Shown piece after piece: positions 37,786 to 51,529 of a DNA stretch of 63,248 nucleotides. The notes beneath the pieces are model-generated. The model was not told the origin of the DNA and searched no databases. It worked only from the letters and a program-made list of their open reading frames with translations. A program made the translations under genes and the position numbers. Source of the stretch: Octopus bimaculoides. Its lineage: Eukaryota. Position 1 is the first letter of the stretch; each line of letters begins with the position of its first letter. The stretch is taken from contig NC_068984.1 in the NCBI RefSeq assembly GCF_001194135.2, positions 101,407,131 to 101,470,378 on the forward strand, written 5' to 3'.

Positions 37786-38039
37786 TATAGTTAAGTAACT
37801 CCGGTCATCTCTGCTCAAGTAGACCCACTACACAAAGATAACTAATTAAAGAGTTATTTATATGAGTTTTTTGTTATTTTTTTAGCCGTTCTGTCTTTAT
37901 TAAACACTCAGTACTCTGCTTGAAGCAGATTAGCTCTATTTTCACAAATCTTTAAGGAATTTGTTGAGTAAGGTTTGGTTGATCCATGGGACTGGTCATG
38001 TTGGCTACTTGTCATCCAATCCAGTTTATTGTATATTCA

Positions 38040-38340
38040 TCATCATCATCATCGTTTAACATCCACCTTCCATGCTGGCATGTGTTGGATAGTCTGACAG
38101 GAGCCTGCACCAGACTTCTGTGTTTTGGCGGGATTTTTACTTTTGGATGCCCTTCCTAACATCAACCACCCAGCAGGATGGACTGAGTGCTTTTTATGTG
38201 GCACAAACACTGGTGAGGTCGGTTTGGCATGGTTTTTACAGCTTCCAAACGCCAACCACTTCACAGTGTGGACTGGATGCTTTTTAAGTGGCACCTGCTC
38301 TGGCAGGGTCACCAAATAACTTGCAAGACAAAAATCCTTT
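38040..38340 (-). mobile_element. Family D-related retroposon, older copy
   Basis: catcatcatcatcgtttaacatccaccttccatgctggcatg...gatgcccttcctaac, with CpG sites decayed. Confidence 0.8.
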
Positions 38341-38801
38341 GAGAGTGGTAGGGGCATTGGAGGAGGGGATCTTGTGTCAGATGATGAAAGGTTTATAGTG
38401 AAACAAAGTGACAGAAACAGTTATCTTGTTGTAGGGGTGGTATGTGGTTACCTGGACAGAAAACAGGTGTGCTGCTGTAAAGGAGATACATGGTTACCCA
38501 GTCTGAGGGAAGAGCAGAAGGAGAGAGAGTGTGAGACAGCAGGAGTGCAAGAAAAAGTAGAAGAGAGATGGTGGCAAAATGCTGGGCATATCCTTGAAGT
38601 ACGGAGATCATAATATAAGTGGCAGGTCATTGCCAAAGTGTGAGTAGGTAGTAGGGGAGGGGAATGTCGTGTGTGGTGAAAACCTGGGTATGTGGAAGGG
38701 AGGACCTACTGAATAGCAATGATACAGTTAACAGGGCTGTGAGGACAGGATTGGAGAGTGAGGAAGAGAAGTGAAGTGATATATATGACATCATTATCAT
38801 G

Positions 38802-38837
<36 letters not shown>

Positions 38838-40851
38838 TATTGTAGATGGGGGTGGGGCAAAATGAGTAACTTGTGATTTCTTATTTCCATCCTACCCATT
38901 TTAAATCACTACATTGCAAGTATTGCATCGTCATTTTGTACTGGTACATTACATTTAAGAGTAAAAATTGGTCAGCATACCTGTTATTGAAGTTGAGGGA
39001 ATCCAAAACAGTCAGGTGGCCAGTTCTCTTTTTTCAAGAAATTTTTCCTCAACTTTGACCTGATCATAATTGAGGTTGCTAATAAAATATCTGGATAATT
39101 TTTGATGTTTAACAATCAATATTCTTTTCTCTGTTGGATTCCAAGTCAATTTTTTCCCATACTTATATTTAATTTAATAATTTTCAAGTTTCAAAAAATG
39201 TCTAAAATGTAAAATGAGTAATAATTTCAATAATTTCTTCTCTTTAACTGCATGGTGTGATAAATATATCATGTACAGGACATTCCAGCAGATCCTGAAG
39301 AAGCTATAGAGAATATTTTGAGTTTGTTTTTTTAATTTATTTAGTAGAGTTTCATTAATTTCATATCATGTGCCATTTTTCCCCGACCCTCTTTCACATG
39401 ACCTAGATATTAAAATTTTTTTTTGCATTTCCTATCTTTCTGATGTCTAGGGCTGGATATTGATGTGTATGAGTCTGTTTTCTGGAGAATTGAAGCAGCA
39501 AATTTGCCTTATCTTGTCTAACTTATTTTGCTCCAAAAAAATTTGTCTTTTATATGCTCAAAGAGAACCAATAATTTTCTGAAATATATTATTATATACA
39601 ATGGAAAACTGAGGTAGTATTTAGTAGCAGTAGCAAAGATAAGTCTAAAGTTGCTCCAATAGTATTCAAAAGTTTAAATTTGATTTTTAAAGAAAAAGGA
39701 AAAGTAACCCTTTTGACAAAAATGTTAGCGAAAATCAAAGTAAAAAAGTTGTTCTTTGTAACATTTTCTTGAAAGTAAACACACTTAGCATTTCTGGTGA
39801 AATGCAATACCATCATTTTACATCTTTCTATACCAGCCAGAGTAGGATGGGATGTTATGGTTCAGATTAGTTCTTATTTGAAGTTACTGACCTCCTGAAC
39901 AGATCAGAGCACTACATCTTGCTTCTAACATTCCAGTTTAGCATGATCTCTGTGATTGGACTCCCTTCCTAACACCAAGTTGTTGTTTTTTTTCTTACAG
40001 TGTCCTTTTATTGTGGCACCAGCACTATTGAGGTTGTCACGTTCTCTACACCCTACATTCTCTTTGTTCATTTGTCAATGATTTCCTACTCTTATTTTAT
40101 TTATGCAGGTACTAACTTTCTGACATAATCTTAATTTCTCATTTCTTCTACCCTTCATCCCTTACTAATAATGTGTGATTCTACCATTGTTGTTCATTTA
40201 GGGTATGCTAGTGCAGCTTTCTGTTAGAATTAAAGTGTGATAGAAATACAAATTATGATGTCCATACCTTTTCTCTGCTCCTAGAGCATTGTGTCTACTT
40301 TACTTTGGTGTTAATCCACCTCTAAACCTTTTAAATATATTAAGTTGATGAGATCACTTGACTTGCTAGAAGTAGCAATTAAATATCCCTCATATCACAC
40401 CTTACCATCATAATCAGCCAACATGGAAGCCTCGATGAGATAACTCAAACTCTAGAAATAGCAAGGAAATTTCCTTCATATTAAACCCTACTATCTTTCC
40501 AAGTCAGAAAATCTACATTGTTGCTGAGCCTGTTAGAAATAGTAGCCAAATCTCCTTAATGTCACAGCCTACCTTAAAAATTGAAGGCCACTTTGGATAA
40601 TGTCCGGGAAACAATGCCTAAAAATATGCTGGAATGGTCATGGCTAGAGTGTTTTTGTAACTATGCAAATATTGACCTGCATTACTGTGTGTCTGTGTCA
40701 GACATTAGAGTTGTTGGTAAACTAAGTTGGGGTTATGTTTAGGACTATCCTTTTTTACTTAGCTGCCTGCAGCTGTATTTGGGAATATAGATATAATGTC
40801 ACTATATGTATATGTAATGGCCTATCTACGAAACAGTTATATTGAATTGGT

Positions 40852-41051
40852 GGCGAGCTGACAGAACCATGAGCATGCCAGGCAAAATGCTTGGCGGCAT
40901 TTTGTCCCTCTTCAAATTCCACCGAGGTCAACTTTACCTTTCATCCTTCCAGGGTCGATAAAATAAGTACCAGTTGAGTACTGGGGTTGATGCAATTGAC
41001 TTACCTCCCCCTCCCCCGAAATTGTTGGTCATGTGCCAAAATTTGAAATCA
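40852..41051 (+). mobile_element. SINE family B with 15-bp TSD
   Basis: Perfect direct repeat TTATATTGAATTGGT at 40837-40851 and 41052-41066. Confidence 0.92.
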
Positions 41052-41414
41052 TTATATTGAATTGGTTGGGTAAGCTTCTATATGGTTGCTTGATCACCTA
41101 CACGTAGCAGCCAACCTCCATCTGATTACATGGTACTGTCTTTCAAAAAAGTTTAAATTGGTTAATGTGATCCTCAGTACACCTGTATCTTGGAAGATGG
41201 GATGGTCATAACTTAGAGGAATGTCTTTAATTATGGGTCTAGTTAATCAAGGATTACCTAGATCTAAATAACAGTTATATGTCACCACTGATGAAGTCTA
41301 AACATGGTTGGTCAGTCTTCTACACATAACAACCAGATCTCCCTCATACCATACCCTGCCACCTTATTGAATTATGTTATCTGAGATATGCTATTCCTGA
41401 ATAAAATATAGAAT

Positions 41415-41577
41415 GGTGCAGGCATGACTGTGTGGTAAGAAGCATGTTTCCTAACCACATGGTTCCAGGTTCAGTCCCACTGCTTGGCAAGTGTCTTCTA
41501 CTATATCCTTGGGCCAAACAAAGCCTTGTGAGTGAATTTGGTAGACGGAAACTGGAAGAAACCTGTTGTATATATGT

Positions 41578-41618
<41 letters not shown>

Positions 41619-41850
41619 TGTATGTATGTAGGTGTGTGTTTGTGTTTGCCCCCCAATAACCACTTGACAACTGGTGTTGGTGTGTTTAAGTCCCCTTAAC
41701 TTAGCGGTTCGGCAAAAGTAACTAATAGAATAAGTACCAAGCTTTAAAAGAAAAAGTAGCAGGGTCAATTCATTTTTTAATAAAAGTTTTTCATGGTGAT
41801 GCCCCAGCATGGCCACAGCCTAATGACTGAAACAAGTAAAAGAGAAAAGA
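41415..41850 (+). mobile_element. Full-length SINE family A with expanded (TA)n
   Basis: Head, CORE-like segment and tail are collinear with 28359-28735. Confidence 0.88.
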
Positions 41851-43736
41851 ATGGTTTTGGCTAGAATGTCTTCAATCATAAATCTGAAAGGGTCTGACCT
41901 TGAGGTAAACAATAACAGTAACAATTACAACAGCAGTTAATGTGTCAACGTGGTAGTAACTTGTCAAACCAGCTAAACCCATATCTGCTACCTTCTTGCT
42001 AATCTCTTTGAGAAATATGAACTTTGCTGCACTAACAGATCTATTATTTCATGGTTGTGTGAGAGTTTGCTAGAATCTAAGTATCTGTGGTATTTTCCAT
42101 TATTGATCCAGTTGAGCATGAGTGTGTAGGTTGGTAAGTCTGGTTTAGTTATATCTAGCTATAGTTTTATCTCCTGTACTCGTCACTACTATTTACATAA
42201 ACCTGATTTACGTAATGATATTTACTAACATCACTATAGTCATTTAGTTTGTAAATCAGTCTATGTTATTTTAAGGTGGTGAACTGGTATGGCCATGGCA
42301 GTATTAGATAGAATGCTTTGTAGTATTTGTTAATTCTCTGCACTCTGAGTTTAAACCCCACTGGGATCAGCTTTGATTTTCATCCTTTAGGCAAAAGTAC
42401 CAATCCAGTGTGGTGAACGGGCAAAAATCCTAGAGAGTTGAGTGAGATTCTTTGCAGTACACATTCCAGCTCTTTATGTCCTGACACTGGTACCAATATT
42501 ATTGGCCCAAGTTAATGCCATTTCTCTTGGATTAATATGAGTGGTATGAAAAGGCAGGACTTTTGCATTACTGAGCAACTAGTCTTCCTCAGAAAATCAT
42601 GTCCAGGCATGTATATGTAAAGGTACGTCATTTAGTGATTAGGTTTTGCACTCAAGATGGCCAGAGCATGGTTTTAATTCCCAGATCAGATGGTGTATTC
42701 TGTTCTTGAACAGAGCACTTTTTCATTTTGCTCCAGTCCACTCACTTGTAAATGAGTAACCCTGTGATGGGTTGGCACCCAGACAGGGATATTATTGTGA
42801 TCTGAGTCACAGGTAGCTGGCCCTAGGAGTTCCAGGGCTTGAGGCCACAATGTCCTGATTATCCCATCAGATCATACATATATATGACTAATGGAGCCTC
42901 TACATTATGTTATTTTAATGCAAGCACTTAAGTAGGTTTTTAATTTTGTATATAAGTTAGTCAGAAGAGGTGGAACATTGCCATAACCTTTGCAGGCTCT
43001 TCTCTCTGAGTGATGTTGATGTAAGATATGGGTGGAAAGAGCTTTAATCTGAATACCTCTAACCAGTGAAACTTGCTTATGTCACACCAGGAACAAGTAG
43101 TGTTTGTGAAGAGAGTCTATTGACTTGGTGAAAGTTGTTAGGTCATACACAATCTGTAAATTATGGTGTTAGTGGAAGAACTTGCGAGAGCTTGGGAGGA
43201 TAAAGTTGCTAAGTTATATACAAGGAAGAGGTAGTGATGTTAGTGGATGAACTGTGTAGTGGTGGTGATATTGATGGCTGTAATGAAATGAATGATTCTT
43301 CACTGTACCACCAACTAAACAGTGATTTCACTAGACATGTATGCATTTGTGTGTTTTTGTATATTAAAAGCTTATTTATATTGGGTGAAGAAGATGATCA
43401 CTTGATGAGGAATATCATATGCAGGAATAGGTTGTATCAAACACTCACATGCACACACACGTACACATACATTGAGCCTATTTTGTGACTGAATTGTATT
43501 GATCTAGCACCTCTTTTCTTTGATAGGAAGACCTAAGGTAAAACAGAGTAAAGTATCCCTGCTTGGAAACAGAACAAATTGCCTGCAAAAGATTTGAACT
43601 TACAATCAACAGGCATCTCAATACCTTATTCACTTGACCACTGTTCTCTTTTCTTTCTCTCATTTTTTTACAAATAAATTCCGCATATTTAACATTCTAC
43701 AACAATCTTCTTTATACACACGTGTGTGTGTATGTG

Positions 43737-43782
<46 letters not shown>

Positions 43783-44061
43783 CGCTATTTTCATGTCCAG
43801 AGTGATTAAATCTGCTACCCAGCACATTAACTGGTTAGTCTTTCGCATTTTCATACAAGTGTACAATTTGGCTGATGTTATTAATACTCATCCACTTTAC
43901 CACATACTTTCCCATCATCAGCTTTTACTTGTTTCCAAGCATATTAATATTTCCATGTGGTCAGGCATGTTTTGGAAATGCATGACACTGCTTGTATGAC
44001 AGTGGCATTCCTTTATGATTATCATGCAATATCAAGACAGAGATGCAAATTCATGCACACA

Positions 44062-44225
44062 TGATGGGCTTCTTTCAGTTTCCATCTATCAAATCCACTT
44101 AAAAGGCTTTGGTCAGCCCAGGTTTATAGTAGAAAACTGTTGTCCAAGGTTCCATGCAGTGGTACTGAACCTGAAACCATGTGGTTGGGAAGCAAACTTC
44201 TTAATCACACTCTCATACCTGTGCT
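44062..44225 (-). mobile_element. SINE family A head
   Basis: gggcttctttcagtttccatc...gaacctgaaaccatgtggttggg; antiparallel to the copy at 45127-45470. Confidence 0.8.
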
Positions 44226-45126
44226 TAGTTATACCTATATATGTATTGTTTTCACATGGTACAAGTTAAGGTGCATAAAATATAACTAGTATTAACCAAT
44301 ATCTAGAACTCCTTGTTTTCTGAAAGAAAGCTACAAAGAGAATTTGTGTTTCTTGCCACAAAGATCACTGAGTATACTTAGAAAAAATAAAACTGGAGAG
44401 TTTATTCTCAAATTATTTTCTTATAGCATCCTTACATATGATTCAGTGAATATTTGCAAGGCCAAATTACATAAACCTGGCCTGATGTAATTATATCTTC
44501 ACATCATCAGAGCTGATTTTTGAAATCAACTTTGATTATGATTTCTAAAATCAATTCTGAAAAATGCTGAATTAGCCATGGTTTAAAGGCTTTGATCTTA
44601 AGTCTGCTTGATTTAGATTAATATTGGGCTAAACTACAACAGTTAACAATTTATTAGTTCTGTTACTTTATGAGAACTAGCTGTAGTAGCTACAGCTGCC
44701 AGCTGCAGACCAAAGTTGTATATAACTGAATTGACTGTCTGCTCTATTGGTTGTGCACCGATACAAGCCATCTTGCTACATGTCAACTGCACTTAGTTAT
44801 TTATCTGGTGTCAGTCATTGACCCCTTGCGGACGGATTTGATACTGACAGTCAGTGCTGTGTACCCATATTAGGCCGTTCAGTAAGTACATAATTTTCCA
44901 CACAAGGAATTTTACAGTGTATTTACAGATTCTTCTCAATGAGGTATATTTGAAAACACAGTGCCACACAGAGCAAGACATCTCAATGCTCGTGCACACA
45001 ATATTTCAATGTGGTCAGTACTGCTTCCCTTCTGCAAGAGGTTAATGAACAATGTTAGGAAGGGTGTCTGACCATGTAATCCTTAACTGCATATCATAAG
45101 TACATGTTTATATACAAATATATATA

Positions 45127-45470
45127 GGTGTGGCTGTATTGATAGAAGTTTACCTTCCACCCACATGGTTCCAAGTTCAGTCCCACTGCGTGGCATCTTG
45201 AGCAAGTGTCTTCTATCATAGCGAGTGTATTTGGTAGACAAAGTGGAAGAAGCCTGTTATATATATGTGTGTGTGTGTGTTTGTATGTATTCAACATTGG
45301 TGTTGGTGTGTTTACATCCCTGTGACTTTGGCAAAAGAGACCTGATAGAATAAATATCAGGCTTAAAAGAAAAAAACGATAAGTACTGGTGTCAATTCAT
45401 TCAACTAAAAATTCAAGTGAGTGCCCCAGCATGGCCACAGTTTAATGATTGAAAGAGGTAAAAGAGTAAA
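45127..45470 (+). mobile_element. SINE family A, internally deleted
   Basis: cacatggttccaagttcagtcccactgcgtggcatcttgagcaagtg...gccccagcatggccacag. Confidence 0.8.
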
Positions 45471-45474
45471 GATA

Positions 45475-45960
45475 TATACGAGATGCGATGAGTAAATTGT
45501 CGCCATTTTTAAATTTTGCGCATGCACACTGTTTTTGATTTTGTCAATTACACAGTATATAGTAGGGTACGTTTGGCACCATCTGTGAGAAAAACAGCAC
45601 CATGTTTTTCTCTGCCAGAAATTTGGAAACAACATGCTGTACTGCTTAGTGCAGGAAGCTCCAATACGAACATTTCAGAGTGTTTGGATGTTAATCTGAG
45701 GACATGTACCAAGAGTGATAAAAATCAAACATCCAGTCAACATCATGGTGTCTGAAATGATCACTAGTGATGGTGATGTTATGCCTCCATTCATCTTCCC
45801 ACATGGTCTCACACTCAACACAGAGGTATACATCAAGTGGCTGGAGGATGTAGTGTTGCCCTGGGTCAAAAGGGTGGTTCAGCCTTTACACTGTTTACTA
45901 TCGACTTTGCCAGGAAGTTACCATCTAGTGGACTGTTCTCATAAATTCTACAGTTTTCTG
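45475..45960 (+). mobile_element. Internally deleted maT/DD37D-type (Bmmar1-like) transposon
   Basis: KHPVNIMVSEMITSDGDVMPPFIFPHGLTLNTEVYIKWLEDVVLPWVKRV (ORF 45715) resembles the maT catalytic region; TA-flanked end at 45475. Confidence 0.7.
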
Positions 45961-48109
45961 TATGTTTGTATGTGTGTGTTCCTGTGTATTATTAAATTCT
46001 GTAATGTACATTTTGTAAATAATAGTATCATTGGCTGTAGCTTTGCAGTGAGACAGTCGACATTTCGCTGCATTTTGAGGGTGAGAGTGGAGAGTGACAA
46101 GGGAGTGTTGGTCAAATTCAGGCAAATAAAAGCTGCAAAGTATTTTTGTTTGATCTACTGATTTATTGACTGTTTTATTTAACATCATGTATCTTTCTCT
46201 AATGTACCAGCACTAACACACATATCTATGTACTAAATGTTACTTTTAGGGTACTCATCAAGTTGAAGTATGCCAGAAGGTACTAGCCCTAGGTGTCATA
46301 TGCAGTGGGATCAAACAAGGGAGCACGTGCTTCTTGTGTATATATGCATGCATGTGTGAATGTTTCCACATACTTTCAGTGTTCTATATGAACAAAAAAC
46401 TGGTGATTGTTTATGTCTTGTAAAAACAAATATATGTGCTGGATCTTGACAAGTTTGTCATGTGTGGAGACCAGTGAAACAAAATTACCATGTTTGAAAA
46501 ACAAGCATTGGCAACAGGAAAGGCATCTAACCACAAAATACTCTTCAGTAATTTCTATCCAACTCATGTTAGTATGGGAAGAGCAACAACAGTGAGAAGT
46601 CTTGTAGCAATGATTATTTCTTATTAGAAAGACGATACTTATATTTTCATTTTTTTTATTTGGTCTGTTCTGTAATTGCTGTGTCAACACTTACATCACA
46701 AATAACTCCATGCTAATTTCCCCTGTTGGAAGAGTTTTTCATCAGACTAGACTCATGCTCTCAAAAGCAAATGGCTCTCAAGAGATGTCATGAAAAGCGA
46801 AGTCTTTGACTTGCTTTTGCTTCACTACTGAGATCATTTCTGTTCCACTAACACCCATTGGTACCTTTACTAATGGTGCTAGTGTCATAGCTCCTGTTTA
46901 CATCTCCTGTTCTTGGAAATACTTGTCCTTCATATTTAGCTGGAAATCAGATTCTATTAAATAAAATTTTTAAAAATCAATACATCGGACAGTGCAGTTT
47001 GTAGAAAAAGATAACCAGTTATGTTGATCTTTGATTTGCTCTTTCAAGACTTCAGTGAAGCTAACCAACAAGAACATCTACTGCAGTGTCATTGTAAGTA
47101 AATTACTGATGGATTTACTACTGTTTAAAAACTAAGAGTCCAGATAGGAAAGGTTGTTGATATTTTTTCCAGTTAGCAATTGAGATTGATGTGAGTAATT
47201 AAAAGTTGGTATTAATTTTATCACTTCTTAGTTTGTTGCAGCAGCTGAAACATATTTTGTGATATAGAATAAATTTCCCCCTAAATTGGAAGCTACCATT
47301 AAAAAAAAATGTTATATAAGATACAACAGCTAAGTGAGATTCATAATACTAGTGGTATTTGTGTTAGATTTATAGCATCTTCAGCATAAAGTCATTTAGT
47401 AGCACATTCCAAGCTGTCTCCTTACTCTGCTTCTGCTAGTTCCATCCAACTCACTTGTCACTCACATTGTCATTCCTAGGCCCTGCTTTAACCACTACAC
47501 ACTCACCTTTCCCTGTTAGAATATTTGCCTTCTGGAAATTTTACCTTAGCTTTGTCTTTCCTTTTCTTTAATTTACAATTGTTGAAGAAGATCAACTGTC
47601 CTGAAGGACCCGTAACAACCGTGGACCCTTTCCTTTCAAACAAAGCAATAAAACTACAGTTACGAAAAATATTGTATGTATGTTTACTTAGTACCTTTGG
47701 AAGGGAGATGATTGTAACAGCTTACCTAAAGTAGTAACTCAAATAGAAACCATTTATTAGACAGGTAGATGCCTGAATCATTTCAGCATCAAACCTTTGC
47801 AACATTGGTAAGTTACAATCCTTTACATTCAGAGTTCAGATTTCACTGAGGTCAACAGGAAGTACCAATCAAGTACTGGGGTCAGTATAATTGACTATAG
47901 TCCTTCCTCCCACACCAGATAAAGTTCTGAGGTCAAGTTCACCTTTTATGTTTTGGAAGATAATCGACTAAATATTACTAATTTATTGGGAATCAAGTAT
48001 ATTCTGCCTTCTCCTTATAAAATTGTACTTAAAAAACAATTATTTGTTATTTTGACTAGTGTCTGAGCATTGTTGACTTTTAGAGCTTTGTCACACACAA
48101 CTGTTGACA

Positions 48110-48645
48110 CATGTAGGATGGATCCTGTTATTAGCCAACTCTATCGTGAGGATTGTCCCACCACCTTCTTTTGGCTAGGAAGGGCTCACAGTTTTCCTCT
48201 GTCTAGTGGCTATGGTGACAGATGTAGTGTGGTGGATGAGGATGAAAGGAGTGAAGACTTTAGACATAGACTTTTTCAAGTTCCACGTAAAAAGGAAATT
48301 GAGGATGGAGAGGGAAGTGCCCCCCCCCCCTCCTCCAGTATTTTTGTTGAAAGGTGGTTGAATGTGGTGAGGATGACCTATGTGAATGGGCCTACCCTGA
48401 ACATATATCTGTAGGTCGGGGGCGGGGTGTGCCCTTGGTGAAAGGAGTAACCAGGATGTAAGGTAGTTCCTTGGTTGGTCCTGGGCAGACCTCTCCCCAT
48501 TTGGAGAATTTTATTGTTTAAATTTTGTTAATTGTTATTATTTGTGTTGTATACATGTGTTTTTGCTCTAAGCTCCACTTGTTCCTTGTTTTGTATTGTT
48601 CTTTTTTATTATGTGTTTGGCCCTTGTGGCCAATAAAGAAAATAT
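48110..48645 (+). mobile_element. Tx1/L1-clade LINE 3' fragment (end of ORF2, 3' UTR, AATAAA)
   Basis: EGLTVFLCLVAMVTDVVWWMRMKG...FFKFHVKRKLRMERE, a frameshift in a C run, then FVERWLNVVRM...stop. U-rich UTR ending ccaataaagaaaa. Confidence 0.75.
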
Positions 48646-48697
48646 TTTTATTTCTATCATGACATTCCAATTTTATATATTGTTTTTTTTTTTTCAG

Positions 48698-48805
48698 GAA
48701 ATATTAGCTCGTACAGGTTACACACTTGATGTTACGACAGGACAGCGGAAATATGGTGGTCCACCACCTGATTGGACAGGCGTATCACCAGGTTCTGGCC
48801 ATGAA
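48698..48805 (+). CDS. SYNCRIP: SYNCRIP coding exon 3: linker before RRM1
   Basis: poly-T-CAG acceptor, 108 nt, phase 0/0, donor [32 protein letters not shown] is the family signature. Confidence 0.97.
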
Positions 48806-48836
48806 GTAAGTGAGAACATTACTACTCCTATTGTTT

Positions 48837-49760
48837 AGGCAGCAAGCTGGCAGAATAAGCACACTGGATGAAATGGTTAATGGCATTTCTTTTTGCTTTG
48901 TTTTCTGAGTTCTAATTCTGCCATGGTTAACTTTACCTTTCATCCTTTTAAGGTCAATAAAATAAGTAGCAGTTGAGCATCGGGGTCTTTATAATTGGCT
49001 AGCCCCCTTCCTCAAAATTTCAGGCCTTGCACCTATAGAAAAAAAGATTATTGTTAAGGCTGCCAGAATCTAGCGGTATTTCTTCCAGTTCAACTCATAT
49101 TTTGAGCTCAAATTACACCAGCATCTGTGAAATAAGTACCAGTCAAGTACGGTATTCGAGGATATTGATTAATCCCCTCCCCTCAGAATTGTTGGCCTTG
49201 TGCCAAACTTTGAAACCATCATCATCATCATCGTATACAGTTTCACATTATATTGTCTTGTTAATAAAGAAAACATAACTTTGGATCTTTATGTTTTGGG
49301 TTCAGATACTACTGAAGTCAATTTTGCCATTCATCCTTTCAGGTTCAATACAGTAAATAAAGTACTGGTCATTTACTGGGGTCAGTATCATCAACAATTC
49401 CCCACCTCCAAATTTCATAACTTGCGTTTGTGTTAGAATCAGTTCTTATTATAAAGGCAGTAGATTGGTAGAATCATAGGAGTAGCAGTTAAAATGCCTC
49501 TTAACATTCAGAAGTCAACTATGCCATTCATCCCTCTGGGATTGAAAAAATAAATTACCGGTTAAGTACTATGGTCTTTGGTATTGACTTACCAACTCCT
49601 TTCAATCAAAACTGCTGGCTTTGTGCCTAAATTAGCCATCATTGTTTAGGCTGGTGGATTGGCTGGATGATTAAAGTATCAACAAAATTCCTCGAGGTAT
49701 TTGTTCTGAGTTAAGATCTCACTAAGATATAGTTTTATGGACTATTGACCTTATTTTCAT
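48837..49760 (+). mobile_element. Array of about five head-to-tail SINE family B copies
   Basis: Starts near 48837, 49053, 49270, 49452 and 49650; recurring ttcatcct, aagtac(c/t) and ccttgtgcc motifs. Confidence 0.75.
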
Positions 49761-50230
49761 CCCACTCTAGAAGTGTCAACCTACCAAAATTTCAGTTGAC
49801 CATCAACCTCAGCAACAACTCATAATTTCAGAAAGGACTGAAGGGTCCTATAAGCACTGACCCATTCCTTTGGGCTGAAATAATTTCTGTATATTGTACA
49901 TGTATACTCATGCTGACTTATATACATAAGGATAGGGAAGCCTATTGTGTCTGTATGTGCACCTACACATATTAAATTTTGTCTCCTCAGATGAAAAATG
50001 TTGAGTATACATTTGTTCCCTAGCTCTTCACTTTTGAAGGTGAGTAGTATAAAAGAAATAGAAAGAACCATTGTAAAACAAGTAAGAGCAAATGACAAGA
50101 AAGAGCATCCAGTTGTAAAATAATGCCTTAATAATGCATTCATCCAAGCCATTGTAGTATGGTAAATTAGGCATAAAATATACAAACAAAAATATGTGTA
50201 TGTATGTCCGTATATATATATATATATATA

Positions 50231-50590
50231 TGTGGTTGAGATGTTTGCTTCCCAACCATGTGGTCCTGGGCTCAGTCCCACTGTGTGATACTTCAGGTAA
50301 GTGTCTTCTACTATAGTCCTGGGTCCACCGAAGCTTTGTGGGTGGATTTGGTAGATGGAAACTGAAAGAAGCCTCTTGTACATATCTATGTGTGTGCATC
50401 TTTGTGTTTGTCTCCCATCTCCACTTGTCAATTGGTGTTGGTTCTTGGTCCCTTAGCTTAGCGATTCAGTAAAAGAGACTGATAGGATAAATAACAGGTG
50501 TATAAGATAAATGCTTGGGTTGATTTGTTTGACTAAATCCTTCAAGGCTGTACCCCAGCATGGACACAGTCCAGTGACTGAAATAAGTAG
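50231..50590 (+). mobile_element. SINE family A, CpG-decayed
   Basis: gtggttgagatgtttgcttcccaaccatgtggtcctgggctcagtcccactg...ccccagcatggacacagtc. Confidence 0.85.
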
Positions 50591-50597
50591 CAGCACT

Positions 50598-50635
<38 letters not shown>

Positions 50636-50945
50636 ACCCCAACATTACAGCATTGCATTCTTGAAAAATTTTGCTTTTTGGTGAAATTTTATCCCATGTA
50701 ACATATTTTCCATTGAATTGTCTATTATAACATTTTTAGAGATGCAATACTTTCATAACAGTGGGGAAGACATGTATGTGCATGTAATTCTGTTATAAAT
50801 TTATGTTATAAGAACTGTTGATTTGTTTTAATATAAACAAACAAATTTACCAAATACCCTGTGTCATGAATCTAATGACCCCCAGAATATTGCAATTTTA
50901 GGTATTTTCAGTGAAGTAACTGTTCATTCCTATTTTCTATTTTAG

Positions 50946-51122
50946 GTCTTCTGTGGGAAAATCCCAAAAGATATATTTGAAGATGAGTTAATTCCGTTAT
51001 TTGAAAAATGTGGCAAAATCTGGGACTTGCGGTTAATGGTTGATTCAGTGACTGGCTTCAGTCGAGGATATTGTTTTGTGACTTTCTGTGAGAAAGAAGG
51101 AGCTGTAGAAGCCAAAAAGCAG
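50946..51122 (+). CDS. SYNCRIP: SYNCRIP coding exon 4: RRM1
   Basis: ttttAG acceptor, 177 nt, phase 0/0, donor GTTAGT. VFCGKIPKDIFEDELIPLFEKCGKIWDLRLMVDSVTGFSRGYCFVTF contains RNP2 and RNP1. Confidence 0.97.
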
Positions 51123-51529
51123 GTTAGTCCCTTCATAACCATTCACAAACCTTTTTCTTTTTTTAATTTTATTTTTGTTGGATTTATCTGTAAACATTTT
51201 GTATTTTATCTTCTGATGCATTTGTTTTCTGTTTTTTTTTTTTTTGTTTTTTTTTTTTCATATCTTTACATATAATTTCTTTAGAATATATATTTCTAAC
51301 TCGATGGTTTATCGTCAACAAACAACAGCTAACAATAACAAAGTTATTTTACTTCATCCTTCAGATTTGTTGATTAGCTGATTAGTTTTCTAAATTAATT
51401 GAAATAATGACAGTGCATCTCACCCTTGTTTACTGTCACACATATAAATGTTACCGTTCTTCTCTTATATCAATATTATCATCATCATCATCCATATATA
51501 TATATATATATATATATCTATTTTATTTT

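Noticed and set aside
48070-48414. 114-aa ORF as a small gene or extra SYNCRIP exon
   Set aside because: Frameshifted C-terminus of a Tx1-like ORF2, with no splice sites fitting the gene model.
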